A stretch of 64,000 bases of DNA from Octopus bimaculoides (GCF_001194135.2 NC_068984.1:45330694-45394693), one strand, 5' to 3'. Shown: positions 11,031-26,730, counted from the first letter of the stretch. Notes: generated by a model not told the origin, from the letters alone. Program-made: numbers and translations.

Positions 11031-12379
11031 CTGTTCTCTTATCCATAAACACGATAATTATAAGTAAATGCTATTCAAATTAAACTAGTGTAGTAGTTAT
11101 AAATAGTTAATAATCTTCGCTGTTTTACCTGATATAGATATTTTTGGGTATTCTAAAATGTTTTATGAATTCTAGAATATTTTCATTGTTTGAAAATAGT
11201 TTATAGGAAATGTTTGAAGTTAGCTACACGTGAGATTTTAGTAAGTAAAATGTATAACGGTTTCCCAAACTGCACTTTTGAGAATGTTATGTTAAAAAAA
11301 AACTCCAGCCATGTTGGTAGGTAACCAATTTTTTTAGTTACAGAAATATAGAATTAATTAAAAACGTTGAAAATATGCATATAAACGGGATAGAATAATT
11401 AAAAGGCATTATTCTTGAATTTTTATTTCATTATTTAATCGTTAGTTTTTGACCTGGGCATTTCTCTGTCTCCCACTCATTCAAATACAGTTTCTTAGCA
11501 TGACAGACAATGTGTGGGAGGGATATAGAAGCTTTGATGTCATTAATGACGTGATGCTGTGTGTCTGTCACATGCTGCGCATATATGTATATTTGTGTGA
11601 CTGTCAGACTAGAACCTATCCGGTTTATTACTGGATTTTCTGCCACCAGTAACCAACATTCACGTACTACTTACTCATACACACACACACGCTCACACCC
11701 AGCAAATTATTCACATTCACTCACGTATATATTTACATTCTGAGTTGATCATTATTGAGGAATTTATATAGTTTTAACGTATGTGTATACGTGTGCACTT
11801 AATCAGCCATACTTAAATGTTTAAAACTCTGGGTTTCTTGCGCACGTGTCTGTGGTATAAGTTCCTTTATTATTTATTTATTGAGATTATTCGGTTTCGA
11901 TTTATCATAAATCATTGAACTTAATCATAGATTTCAATGTAATGACGGCACTCACAGCTGCCTCTCTCTCTCTCTCCCCAGCCAGGTACTTTGCCACGCT
12001 GCGCGCGCGCACAAATACATACATACACACATGCAGTAGTCAGAGCTAAAAAGCTCTCATTACCGTAATTAGTCCAACGGTGTTTTGATTACTTTCGTTG
12101 TGCTTAGCGCAATTCAGGATGCGATATTAAAGAAACATAACTCGTATTAGAAAAATTGTCAAAATTCTATTGAAGAGATTGCTTGCTTTTAAGACTGGTG
12201 TTTTGAGGGACTTTTGGCTGTTATTTCTAACAGTTTAAGCAATCACGTAGAGGATTCATGAAATTAAAAGGTTTCCATTTATGAATAGAAGATAATGTAA
12301 TAAGTCAAATTTGTTATTACTAATTTTGTTTATAATCACACACCCCTCTATACTCATAACTATCATAGTAAACTAACGA

Positions 12380-12590
12380 GGAAGCCTCTGTGATCACTCG
12401 ATATGCTAGAAGTAGTGCCAAATTCTCCTTCAAATTTCATTGTCTTAAAAACGAAAGAACACATTGACTAACGCAGTCCTAGTTGTCTGAAAAAGAAGTA
12501 AAGATGGTCATGTCGGGAATGCCTTGAATCGTGTTTATTCAGTCGGAACTGACCTGGAGCTAAATATGGGAAATAACAGTCACTGACGAA
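12380..12590 (+). mobile_element. Interspersed repeat, family E (SINE-like)
   Basis: gtgatcactcgatatgctagaagtagtgccaaattctcc...gatggtcatg...ctgacctggagctaaa. Related copies lie at 41300-41410 (+) and 44665-44850 (-). Confidence 0.45.
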
Positions 12591-15500
12591 CTATTCTCAG
12601 CATCGATGCTCAGACTTTCTGGAAATAGTGGAGCCAAATTTCCTTAAACCATAGCTTCTCATTTTCAGTCATATACCTATTCATTCAAGGCTAATCTGGG
12701 AATAAATCACATCTCTTTCCGCAAATCGATTTTAACAATTTATAGAATAACATTGAGAGCATTTGGAGAGGAAATGGGGAGAGGGGTAGATAGGTCAATA
12801 GCCCCTTTGTTTTCCGACCTACTTCTAAGCAACTAGTGCTATTACAGATATTTCTATGAACTATTGATTTGTGGCTTTTATTACTCTTTTATTGGTTCTA
12901 GCAACTGATCTGTAGTCATGCTGAGATTGTATAGTAATGTAAGAATAATGTATTGTGTTGTACTGATTTCTGTAGTTTTATGCTTCCAGCGATTGTTTGG
13001 TTTGATTCGAGGCCTCAGCGTCTTCATTCCAATATTTGTGTAAGTTGTTCGGTTTGCTCCTTTAGCAATAAAGTCCTACCTTCTGACACTTCCCTGGTGG
13101 TAAGAACGTCATGAAACAACCTAGCTTACTATAATTGCACTTTACTTGGTTTAAAAGACAGATGCCGGTTACTGCTGATTGATGGCAAGTATGTAATTTG
13201 GGTGTCATATACACTGTTCAGAGCAGTTGATGCTGAAAATTGCTAACGCTCAAATATGTATCGCATACCTTCAATATTAAGAAAAAGCGTTTACCGGAAA
13301 TTAAATTCAATACCTGTATTATCCAAGTATCTAAAGTCTGTCACACGTTAGCTCAAGCACATTCTTGCATGGCTTATAGAATTTGCAGTGTGAAATACTA
13401 TCCCTTTTAACATATAATATGGTAACCAAAGGTTACTACAATAGTTTTGTTTTTTTTTAATTTGCTACATGCCTCCCACGCAGGATTGCTCGCCCCAGTC
13501 CTCCTCTCTTGCTCCCACTATACTAACTTCATGCAATTAAGATGTGTGTCAGTATGCAACAAGTCTCAAGCGAAAACTCTAAAGCATTCATATTTAGCTG
13601 CTGCGTGCGAAGTATAGAATGTTTATTGCTTATTAAGCAAACTTTTGAGTGGACGTATAGAGAAATATGTAAAAGTAAAGCATTTGGAAGAGATCGTTAA
13701 CTTCACGTGGAGGAGAACAACGTACTGCTCCATGGATATACTGTGTGTGAGAGAGAGAGAAAGAAAGAACCTTCCTAAATTGACACATTTCACTTAGCAT
13801 TTCTGGAAGCTTCTATCCAATATTCTCTAAGATATTGACCAAACTTAGTGTGACTAGTTTCTGTGCACTTGCGCCATCGCAAGTATTGAAGACTTCGGAT
13901 AAAATGGTATGGTCAGAAACCCTCTGAGTTTACAAACATAAGGTGCGATATTCAGATTGACGTTCATGCTTTAAAAGTGAGTTTCGATATAAGAAATAAA
14001 AACCAAGTCCTGGGTTTTACTCTCAACAAATCTAAATATACTATTGTTTGATTAATTGAGAAAGTCCTTCCCTTGCAGCGTCTTCATATTCGAATCTGCA
14101 GATCTTTTCTCTACTTCTATATCGGGACTTAACTGACAATAGGAATTTAACTTGAGCCAATACAAAGAACAAATATTTGGTGATTGGACAGTGCTAATTA
14201 AATGTTTCTTAGTAACGCATGATTAGTTCTGTAAGAAAGTGATATAGTAGATTGGAAGAATTGAGTCCGTTTCTTGTTTTCATAGACCCAAGAAGCACAT
14301 TAGGCAAAGTCGATTTGGGTGGAATTCAAACTCAACTTACAGATAAGAGATTAGTGTTGTACGTTTAGTTCAACCCTGTACTATTTCTTACATCTTATCC
14401 TACTACAACTACTACTACAAATAATGATGATGATGATAATAATTTCTAGCTTTGTAAGTGAGGATAATTTATGAATTAGTCAAAAGTTAACTGATGTGCG
14501 ATTTGAACGTAAATCGTGAAGTGACCTCTACTAATTTTTCCATTGTTTCAACTCCAGTACTTGACTGATATTTTATCGACCCCAGAAGGATGCCAGACAC
14601 TGTTTGTTTCATAAAGAGCCGGCCAATCCGTCATTCAGTGTGTAGTGGTGGTGGTAGTAGTAGTAGTAGTTTCTTTTTGTGGAGATTATATTATAAATAG
14701 CAAGCTTGAAGTTACCAGAATATGTTTGTTGTAAACAACACGGCTATGTGAAAATAGCAGTCTATTGACTGCTCCTCCTTTCGTTCGTCATGGGTAGTAC
14801 TAACCACTCCACATGCAATATTTTTACATGTCTACTATTGACTTGTTCTTTGAAGTTTTTGCTGAGTTATTGAGGCATAAAAGCCAAGAGTGAAGATCGG
14901 AATTGTTCATAGTAACGTTGTTGAAAGGAGCTCTTTCGCAGAATCGAAACCGGTCTGCGATCAAACTTGTCAAAACAAAATCATAGTTCAATACGTGCGT
15001 GTGTACAAAAAAATATATATTTATGAATGAATATACATGTTTATATATCCGCATGTCTGCATGCAAATTAATTGCGATTTACAGTGAAAACCATATAGTA
15101 TAATAAAAGCAATAATTTGAAGTTTGTTGTTTTTTGCACTAATATAAAACGTTGACAGCGTACAAGATTTCTGAAAGTTAGTACTTTAGTATTTTCCCTA
15201 ACTTTTGGATGCTAAATCAACACACTCGCACTTTAAAAAAAATTATATTTTTAAAGTGTGTGTGTAGATAGATACAGATAGACTCAAAGAGAATAAAATA
15301 CTTTTTATTTGAAATAAAATATTAAGTCACAATGGCTTCCACGTATCTTCCCACTCTCTCCGTACATATTATGACGGTGTCGTATTTTAAGCAGCATAGC
15401 TACTCATCACTCGCCAAAAAGGGGTTTCCGTTGTCTGAAATCCCGGGAAAAGACAAAGAACTTAGCACTTTCCTTCATCTTGCCCCCACCCCTTCCTCTA

Positions 15501-17894
15501 CAGACGCGCGCGCACACACGCATTTCTTCCTTCTGTCTTCTGTTTCTGTCTTTTAGCTTTAAACTTTTGTTTTTATTCGGCATAACTAGTAATGAAAGGT
15601 CGCAGTTCCTTTCGGTGCACTGTCTCACAGAATAAGAATTTTACTGTCAAGGTATGTTATGTTTGTCTGCTTGCATGGTGGTTATCATAGTTGACAGCAG
15701 TAGTGGCTGGCTGGTCACACTATTCAGTAAAGTTCATAGCAAGCTTTGTCTGCATGTTATACACTTGCCTAAAGGATCCCGGCGGACAGTAATCCTTTCC
15801 TTCTCCTCCCTAACAGAATAAAGAGCGGGAAAGGGTGTATTATTTTAACGTCGGGGCTTTATAATACTGAAAGGATACTTAGTTTCTTTGTTCTTGTTAG
15901 GAGTGTTAAAGAAGAATGCAAATTGTTTTTTTTTTTTATGTGAGTCAAAGTTATGAAAGTTTGAAACTTTTTCTCATATGTATTATAAAGTTAAGAATGA
16001 AAGTTTGATATCCTTAAGTATTTTTTGTCGGTACATTCTGGTATATTAATTTAGCTGAGACTCGTTTAACATTATTATAGTGGAAAAGCTAATTGTGTCT
16101 TTAAGTTTCTACAAAGTCTATAAAATTCTTTATTGATATATTTTTCTTCAAAACTTATTTTTTGTTTTTTTTTTAAGGTTTACCTACGCACGATCCCTGT
16201 GAAAAATGTTTCCAATGGGTTTCAAATCGAATAAGTAAATTTAAGATTTTCTTTATCCAAACTGTCTATAAAACGTGCTTAATATATATATAATTAAATC
16301 ATTATATAAAACAGTTACATTTATAAATATGATTTTTTTTTCTATTTAGAAAAACCCCTTTGGGAGGGTGATACGACATTGCATGTATATGAATTAATTT
16401 TCTTCTAATTGCTAAGAAAAATCTTTTGTGTAGTTTGCAATTTTTCTTAATTTGGCACAGTTGATGTGTGATGTTACAACCACAGGAGCTGTAGATCCAT
16501 TATTCAGCAGAACTGAACGTCTTTTGTTCTTATTTGTATTGTTTAGTTTTGTTAGTTTTTCTTTTTTTTTTCAAAATTTAAAAAAAAAGTGTGTTGGTGA
16601 GTGAATAAACTTCGTTTCTTAATTATCACTCGAAAGTCTAGTTACTACTACTTTCTCATTCGATTATTATTTTTATTAATCGAATTAAACAAAGCAGCTT
16701 ACAGCAACTGCTTTAGAAATTATTCCTCTTGCATTACCTAGTAATGCATTGTTCATTCTAGATTTAACACAATGCATTTTTCTGTATTATTATTTAGCTA
16801 CATTTTCTTTTAATTTCTTGTACTCAAAAACCAATAAACCCACGTGCGTGATTAGCCGGTCTTTGTTGACTCTTTATTCCACTGCAAACTCGTACGGCCC
16901 TCGCACGTGCATTTATTTCATTCACTTAGGTTTATTACGTTTTCTGTTAAAACGATATATAATCTTAACTAGTCCGTTAAACTTATGAACAACATTTCAA
17001 TCTTTATAGACTTATCTTTTTAAAAACAAAGTTGTTTCCTCTTGTTAGTTGCATTGTATGTATGTTGTAACGAAATAACAATGCCTGTTCTTGTTTTTCT
17101 TCACCTCAAAAAAGTTTTTATCGTTTTGCTGAAGAAATAAACTAATATAACCAGTTATATTAGTTTATGTAATAAACCTTGATATCTTTGTGAACATTTG
17201 CATTGAATATAATTTATATGGGATTTCGAAAACTTTTAGGCCTTTTTAATTTAGTTTTGCTGGTGCAAATCAAACAAGGTTTTTAGGGGTTGTTAGAGAA
17301 CAAAGAAATAAGATTTTTTTTTTTAAGTGTATCAATAATTCTTTCTTAAATTAATATAAACTTTTATTTTAAAATCACTTCCCAACTTGTTTGTAGAAAC
17401 ATGCGTTGTTTTCGTTTTCAATTCTGAAATATTTCTTTGTTTATATAAACTAATCCGAAGAAAGTTGGAGAGTAACAGCCAAAAATTTGCAATTCGTTTT
17501 TGTTGGATTTATTATTTTTATTAAAGCCATAAGATTAAAAAAGAAAAACTAATAAAATCTTTATATATAGTTTAAGTCTTAAAATTGTCAGCTTGTTGGC
17601 ATATTTGGTTGATATAAACCACGAGACTGCAGATCAAGTTTCTTACAAGTGACCCTCATTTTACGTTTTATTTTAGGGATCTTTTTTTGAGACAGCGAAG
17701 CTAGTGAATGTTATTGGTTGTTTCTCTCTCTTTCTCTCATAGAAAGTAAATTTTAACTGGAATCACGAATACTTAACTTTTATTGCGTTTGCTAACAAGA
17801 GTAGTTTAGAAGTTGTAGCTGTTGTACTACATTTGCACAGTGTAAAACTAGCCAACACTTGAATCGAGACATTTTTCCACTTTTGAAAGAATGG

Positions 17895-17945
<51 letters not shown>

Positions 17946-20900
17946 TGTATGTATGTGTTTGTATGTATAATTGTAATGCAAGTTGTCGCTAAACAATGTG
18001 CATAGCGTAAGTCGGGGAATGCAAGCTTGGTCATGTAGTTGTAATATTGCGGGAACATTAAGAAAAACTTTTTTCCATTAAAATTCTTCGAAGGGAGAAC
18101 TGAAGTGTCGTGACCTCATGACTATTTCTTGTTGGGTAGAAGGCGGGGCAGGAATAAGATCATTTTAAAACGGACTATTGTTGGGCAAGTACGGAGAGCG
18201 AGGGAAATGCATAGTGAGGTATGGTGTTGATGGTGGTGGGGAATCCTTCTTTGTTGGACAGGTATTGAGATGGACTTTACAATAAAGAAAAACTGGGGAA
18301 AACCCATTGTCTGTTTTGAAAACTGCGGGGAGGGAGAGTGAGTATTTTAGTGTGAGGTAAGTTGATCGGGCGAAGACAAAAAAGATAGGATCACCACCCA
18401 CGTGCTACTACTATCACGGCTGGGACATGGATGTTCCAACGTTCCTTCCCCCCCCCTTTTTTTTCTCTCTCTCTGCATTGTTTCTTCCACACACACACAC
18501 ACACCCCTACACTGACAAATTTAGAGTGGCGGTCGATGTCTGGACATAAAGCCTATCACATTGTCTGTCGAATATACATGCAGTCACCATAGACAAGACA
18601 GACGGTTTCTGTAGGGATCAGGAGATGATAGTTGTAAGAAAGGAGGCAAGGGAAGATTGGGAAAGCGTAGGAAAGAGAGAGGGGGGGAAAGCTGGAGAGA
18701 ACGAAGCTGCTTTGTTTAGGTGTGTGGGATGACAGTAGACAGTAGCACATTGGCCATATATATAATCAAGGTGATTGTCGACTCATGCCTTTTCCCTTCG
18801 CTCTCTTTCTTTTCTGCCTTTCGTTTATTCTGTCTCCCGCCTTTTTCTTCCTACACTCCTCTGCTTCATCCCTTCTGTCTCTAGGGGACGTTCTCATCTC
18901 AGTTACGCATCATGGAAAAATTAAGTTAAAATGACGACAACGCATGCCTTCTGAAAATAGCTGTCTTCCTTTATTTGTTTGTTTATTTAATGATATTCTG
19001 ACTTTAATCGCAGCATAGTATAATCGGATTTCGTAAAACAGGGAAACCGTTTCTAGTCTACTGTTTTGTACATTTAATTTTTAAATGACATAAAAAAAAA
19101 CACAACTAGAGAGTTCTCAATTTTTTATTTTTTTAAGTTTGACCCAATTATCCATGAAATTGCAAGATTAAAGATCATTAACCAGGTCTATAAAAGAGAA
19201 AGTGTCAATTCCAATTTGGTCAAAATCTTATATATATATATGAGAGAGAGAGAAAGAGAAAGCTGTCTTTTTGACAATTCTTAAGACTTAATAATTGAAC
19301 CACTGAGTTTAGTGAATAAAACAATTGTGACAACAGCAGAGAGAATGGAAATAAATTTGCCGCTTTGTTCCAAGATGGAACTCGTTTCCATTGTTTCCCC
19401 AAACTCAAAGCATTGTTTGCATAGGTTAGCTTTCCTTTAGAAGTTTTGTACTCCCTCTGAAATCGGGCTTTATCTGTCATGTCACACTTGATAACTCTGA
19501 CCTGCCCGGCTTCATTCAGTCACACAAGAAAGTTGGGTGGATTTTGTGTGTTTCTATTTATTCAGTATTTTTAATTGGTTGTCATTTTATAACAACGTTT
19601 GGAATTTCTCTCTACATGCGACACTGTTAGAACATAATCTGCATACCAACATTTTCAAAAATCCACATCACTTTCCAATGGTTGAACTCCCTTTTTTTCC
19701 TTTCTTTCTTTCTCTTGTGACACATCATAGTGCCATCACTACATGTCTGTCGTCTTTTATAGAAATTCTCTTCTATTGTCGTGGCCAAAGCGAGTCTATT
19801 GTTTAGAAAATTGCACAAGACTGCAGTCTTCGTAAATTTAACAACTGCGCGAGAACTGGTTTCATTTAATCAACTCAGTGGAAGACCTCAAGTGGTTTTC
19901 TTTTTAGAAGTGTGTGTGTGCGTGCATTATTGTAAGTTTTTTTTTATATTTTATTAGTTGAAATTCACGATTGTGGAGATATTAAAAAGTCTGAATAGTT
20001 AAATTTAACCAACCCAAGTCGGTGATTTAATTTAATTTTAGTTAAGCACCAATTTAGAGATCTATTTTCAATTAGCTTTAACTTATCTCTTTTGTCATAA
20101 CACATTCAAATAGTATTATTTTTTCATACCTAAACCGATATTTCTCCCGAATATGATAATCACACAGTAAACGAGTATTTTTAAGTCTGTAAGACACATT
20201 CATTTGTTATTGCTCTTCAAATATTGTTCCACAAAAAATTGTCTCTTGCCCTATATAGCAATACTTTCGATCTGATCACTGAGGTTTGTACTTCCTATTG
20301 GTGGATAAGACATGGTTTTAATGGTATGTCGTTAAATGAAGATTTAACACGTATTCGTGTGGTTATCTTCTAGATTTGAAGACTAGGTTCTGTGTACAGG
20401 GGTTTGTAACCAATCAATCCTGTTCCATTTTTTCCAATGTATAGATGGTCATGTTCATTTTTTTCATATATTTATATGCATGTGTGCATGCTACAAACGA
20501 GGAATTCAACCCTAAAATTGGAAAATTGTACTCGGAAATAAACATATATTGCGACTAAGAATCAGTAACACTGGTTTATTTTCTCAGTTCCCATTTAGAA
20601 AGCTTAATGCCTACATTTATGGAATGTAGGCCATCTCAATTGTTGACAAATAGACAGTGGAAGAGGGATGGTCAACATATAATTTCTAAATACCAGTTTC
20701 GCAATTATACCAGCTTGTTACCATGGTGCCAGTTTTGTGAAGGAATTGAATTTTAATCATCCGTTGACTTTTGGTTGAAAGCCAGTCGTGAATACTTCCT
20801 AAAATTGAGTCACCATAGCGAAAATAAGTATTGTTTTAATTAAATCGTGATATTGTAATTAGTGCTGTATTTTGTAATGAGTTATTGTATTGTTGCCTAG

Positions 20901-23900
20901 TTATTGGCTCGTTAAGTGTTTGTATATACTCTTATATCAGGTCTTTACACTTTGCTCAAGTTTAATTCGTAAGTGGTGTGATAACTAGAAAGTTACCGAT
21001 AATTTAAAATTGAGATCTGGCGAGAAATAGAGATCTTCATTGTTACCTTCTACGTCAAACAATACCTTGTTTTATTAAGCTAATTAAATTTTCAGAATAT
21101 TTTTTTTATTTATTGCTGTTAGTCAATTCGGCTCTGGCATAGAGATGAATGAATCAACTGAAGGTTGTTCAGGCTCCAGGAAGACAACTGAACAAGAAAG
21201 CTTAAGATATACTCAATATTACACAAGACTGTATAAATGACCTTTTGACCTACATAAACATGATATAACTATTATAATCCTTTTAATAAATACTTCATAC
21301 AAACGACTACTTGATTACGTACTATTACACGCATGACCTTCAGTAGATGAGGTAGAATTGCTGCATAATAGCAATATTGTCAATTCTTTGACCATTTACC
21401 TGTTTTGTGTATTATCACGTGATACAAGAGGCATATTTCCTTGGCTTTCATGCATCACATACAATACACATTCCCTCTTTTTTTATAACCACTCGGGTAA
21501 CATGGGACTTGAGAAAGAAAAGCTTTATATTATTCTGGACGTATGAAACTAGAAGTTTGGACGCTTAAAACAAAATTATAAAAATGTTTGGGAAATGCAA
21601 TGGGTAAAACTTTGAATGCGTTTTGTGCCAAATTTCATGAACGTGCTTTTAGTGTCCAAAATAAGATTTGATATGCAAACTTAAAAAAGGGAGTAAGTAG
21701 AAACTGGATTTCGCAAATTACTTTATAACTGTTATAGACATACAGACATTTCACTTGAGATTATGCTCAATCTTAATTGAAAGAGATTGGGGGATATTTT
21801 ATTGGTGTAAAGTTACATATTTTTAATTCAGAAATTAAGAGTTTTTAAGTTATTTTTTTAATTTATACTTACTTCCAAAACCTTTATGGTTTCAGAAAGA
21901 AAACTTAGACGCTTTTCAGATCAGTAATGACCTTAACATTGGTCTTAATGAAATCCTTTAATTATTGTGTTTTTATGTTGATTCATAAAATTACTTGTTC
22001 TGAGCATGAGGTGGAAGCGCAAACTGAAACTTACCATTCACGTTCTTGGATGACGGCTGAATGCTTCGCCAATGAGTCTTAACAGTGCAATACAACAATA
22101 TATCTTTTCTATATAAATATTACATCTATGGCCACATTCCATAAAAACTCTTATACCTAACAAGCAGAAGCCCAGAATTACAGTTTATGAATATCACCTG
22201 ACGGTGTGGGGCGAGGATGGGAGATCTTATGTCGTTAATTTAGTTGGAGAAGATGGACAACATGCCAATTCTGTTCTTCATGAGGTTTCTTGCTTGAATA
22301 AGGTACACGCTCATATATGCACGCACACACTTTTACACTCACTCACACTCGCATCTGCTGTGATATTAGAAATTTCTGCTGTACATAGCAATTACACCCC
22401 TTCCCATTCCCAGTGAAACCAAAGTCAGCCCTACCAAAGACTCTTCTACTACAGCAAATGCTCTCTCTGACTTGGTGTAATCGTTTTTCGTTAATATAGC
22501 AAATACCTGCAACATGCACGCAAACTACTACCATCTTCACACATGCACATTATTCTTATTTGTGCGCACGCACAGACATTTAATAAATATAAACCTCTTT
22601 TCTAGTTCTTCGCACATACACACACACACACACACACACAGCCATCCGCTACACCCCTACCGCCACACCTTTTTAACTGGTTTCTACTTGAACAACAGCA
22701 ACAGACAGGTAAAAACCAGCTCAACAGAAGCTAAATGCTGAGAGGACCTGCAGGCTTCTACTGCTGTTACAACACCTCTTCCTTACACTCTAGTTTTCTC
22801 TCTTTTTATCTCTCTCTCTCTCTCGTTATACGTAATATCCCTTCCACGTTTCTTTACCTACTCCCAAACTACCTCTTTCCTTTTTTGTTTCTCTCCTTCT
22901 CTTGCAGCTTCCCTTACTTCCTATAGCTCCCTAGTAACAACAGCTGGGAAATGGAAGTTCTGCAAAAGAGGGAGGAAGGGAGGGGGAGAAGCGATAGCTG
23001 TAACGGTGATGATGACTCATCACTTGTTGGCCTCTTTTCTTTCTTTCATAACCAACTTATCTCCCCCTACCATATATTTATATATATATTGTGTGTACAT
23101 ATATATATATACATACATACACACATGTACACATACATATATATAATCTGGTTTTTCTCTGTACTTCCTCCCTCTCTCTCTCTCTTTTTCTTTCTATTCG
23201 CGTCTTTCTGTCTTTCTCAGCTGTTGCTTTAAATTACTTTCCTCCGCCTTCTCCTCCCGCGATTTCCTCCCTCTACCTCTACGTTTCTGAATCGGTTTTC
23301 ACACACATTCAACAGACTTTTGCGTTCTCCTCTCTGTCACATAGATTTGTGTGCGTGTGAGTAATATAAAAATAAGCTATATTAACTGTGTACATTTCTC
23401 TTTAAGCCTTATTCTTCAATGAATTGCTTCACCAATCGCACCATCGCCATCACTAACTGGGCCCCCATGAGTGTTATTGCTCAGCTAAGGTTCCATGGCC
23501 GGTCGTGGATGGTTAGTGGTAGGGGGCAATAATGGGGTTTAGTTGTGACTAGCTCCCTAAGTTTACGGTGAGTTAGTCACTAGACTTTAATACTAGAATA
23601 ATCACTGACTTCGAAAATATTACTGTATGAATCAAGTCTGGATAATAATTGCAATCGATTCTCACATTCAACCCTTTCCCGTCATGCGTATATATATATA
23701 TAATAAATATTCTGTAGGAAATATCTATTGGTAATTAGTTTTTTTGCTTAATAGTCTTTTTATTTGCTTTAGTTGTTGCTTATAAACTTTTATCATCTCT
23801 GCTGTATTTTTTTTTTATTCAACTTCTGACCACTGTATGCTGTTGCTCTCAACGTATATTATACTTGCCCGCATGTGTTGCGTATCCAGAGCTTATTTTC

Positions 23901-24628
23901 TTGGATAATTACTTAATAAATTAAGTGAAGTGTTTGTTCCTGCACAGACAATGATGACACGGTGATTTTGTGCATGCGTTTCAAGTTGTTCTTGTTTAGC
24001 TCGAAAGTACTTTTCTTTTTTTCCTTTTTACTATTCAACTACTTCGTCTACTTGTGAGTACCAAGATACTTCCACTATACGCCTAAGTGTGGGAATAGTG
24101 AATAGCTGATGAAATCGTTATGGTATATAAATCAGGCCAAACTAGATAATTTATACAACCATGTGTGTCTATATACACGCCTACACAAGTACAGACATTT
24201 TTACGCAGTGTTCTGCATTCATAATTACATTTATCTACGTATGTCTTACTTTCTGTCTTTCTCCCGTGATATTAATCTACCCTTTTTCTTTTTATGTGAG
24301 ACCGACAGCCATTTAGGGTAGCTACTGATGCATATCCTTTGCAGCCCCTACATTTATAACTGTAAACTAGATCAGTGTTGTTGTATGGGTGTATACAATG
24401 AGTATAGTCATTAAACCGTCTTTCTCATGATCTTTTCAGCTCCACATGTGAAATTGTTGTATACTGTGGGTATCTCTATTTGAAGTATAAACCAAACTTC
24501 GACTGCCTTACACATTACTTCAGAAAATTACTGGGATTTTTCTTTTCTTTTCTTTTGCTGCATAGCTTGACAGTTTCACAATGTTTGGAATGCGTTTGTA
24601 AAAAATGTAGGTGAAAAATAGTTATTGC

Positions 24629-24766
24629 TAAGGTGACGAACTGGCAAACTCATTAGAGCATTGGATAGAATGTCTTGCAGTATATATTCTGGATCTCTGC
24701 ATTCTGAGTTCAAATCTCACCGATGTCAGCTGTAATTTTTTCAAAATTCAATACTAGGGTCGATTC
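24629..24766 (+). mobile_element. SINE family A, degenerate
   Basis: aaggtgacgaactggcaaa head and ttctgagttcaaatc B-box-like core. Confidence 0.55.
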
Positions 24767-26730
24767 TTATCTTTATTTTTGAATTGTATCTATAATCCAA
24801 AGGACGAATTTGTCATAGTAAGTTACACTGTTTGACCTGATGATTAGGTTGAGAACACGTACCTGTAGAAAACTGTGTCCTTAACGCGTTGGTCCAAAAG
24901 TTGAATGCTCATCGTCGAGACTGACGGAGAATCCACTTGTTAATGCACATTTCATTTACAGGTAAGAGTATCTGGAATAAAATGCTTCTTGCTAAATGAT
25001 TAACTGCTGTGTTGATAACGGTGGCTTTTCTTGATGCTCGATTAAGTCCCCAAGGATTGCGAGATGTCATATGAACGAAATGGTTCTGCTTGCAATGGAA
25101 ATATCAATAAAATTATTGCAGCCAAGGCACCTCATAAATCGTTAATTTTTCCCTAAAAGTTTCCCCTCACCTTATTCATTTGAATGTTGTGGAATACCTA
25201 TTAGAAGTTGACTAGACAAGCGGCACCAAACATTTGATTAACAGTTCAAATACCCAACGGAAAATAAATATATAGCTTGTGACATTGTTTGATAATGATT
25301 TTTAATTTCTCAAAGTATCTGCTACTCAATAATTATATTATTTTCTAAATGATAGCGATATATCAAATATCAAATAAAGACAGTCAACCCATAACTTTAA
25401 GGTGCTTGTGGGTTATGCTAGAGCTATCAACCACGGTTGTATATTGACAGAAACAAGAGTAATAAATTTCTTCAGCTTCATAAATCTTTAACCGTCTATG
25501 GTTGTCTGCTCCTTTCTTATTTTCTATCTTAGCATCTGGATTTTTGTGTTTATTTATCTTTTTTTTCTTCTGAATTATTTTCTTTCGTGGTTCCTCTTAA
25601 ATTTCTTGTTTAATATCGATCTTATTCTGTTGTATTTAATCATTTGAAGTTAGCTCCTTTCTATTTCTCATCTTTTATTAATACTAATATTTTCATGGAG
25701 TCATTTTCTAATATCGCTACTTTCATAGCAGTTTTAGATTGGATGGAATATTAAAAAAAGAAAATTCAGTTGGTAATCCAAAATAGATTGAGGTACAGAT
25801 TTTCAGGAATTTAAAGTGTGATGATGCTTGGTTTTTGATTCATGGAAGTTTGATATGTAAAAACGGATATTAAATTGATAACGTTGACAATATGGCGGTG
25901 CTCCAACTATGTCAAAGCTTGTATGGATGAAACCATTGAAAGAATAAATAAAATAACAAAATGAAAATTCTTCATTCATTAGGTTATTCCTTAGTTTGTT
26001 CTCTGGATTTTATTGGAACCTCTTTATTCAAAATATCACACATACACTCACATCGTTTGCTTGGCAACATTGGCAAAATCTCATTCCTACAAGACATTGC
26101 TTTCAATCAGCTGTATCAATGACTGGTCTCCATTTCGTTATACTAATTATGATAATGAAATTACGAAAGCTGTCGGCTAGGATCAATTCCGAGTAACAAA
26201 TGCTGGTTAAAAGTGCCTACCATTTTAAAATGGTAGGTGTCACGACTGTTGTGCATGCGCACGTGTGAAAAATGCCTGCTTTGATGTTTGCTTCAGACAG
26301 TCGAGTTCGGTCAGTCTAGTGGTTTAAAATGAAGTCATCATTCATGACTCAAACTTACATATACCACGAAAACGATTTAATGAATTAGTTTTTTGAATTT
26401 TTTCTTTCAACACTTCCTCTGTCTATATTCTCATATTTGAGTCTTCCTGTCATGATCTCGCTAGCCACCATTTTCTCTTTTTAATTTTTTTTATTTTTAG
26501 AGCTGCCTACCTCTACCTTTGTGTGTGTTTACAACTTCCTTCGTTAACACTTCCTCTCTCCAGGCATCAAGTACATCCTCCTCCCCCCTCTAACAAATAC
26601 ATACATCTACACCTATTCCAATTTTTACTGCAGGTATCTCACTCGGTGCAGCAGCACAAGACTGGTACTGACTTCCATTCAGATTCTTCATTCCTCTATC
26701 TCTCTATCTCTCTTTCTCTCTCGTTCTCTC

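Noticed and set aside
24848-24961. Possible poison exon ending at a strong donor CAG|GTAAGA (24961/24962)
   Set aside because: The upstream acceptor lacks a pyrimidine tract, and isolated consensus donors are expected in a 22-kb intron.
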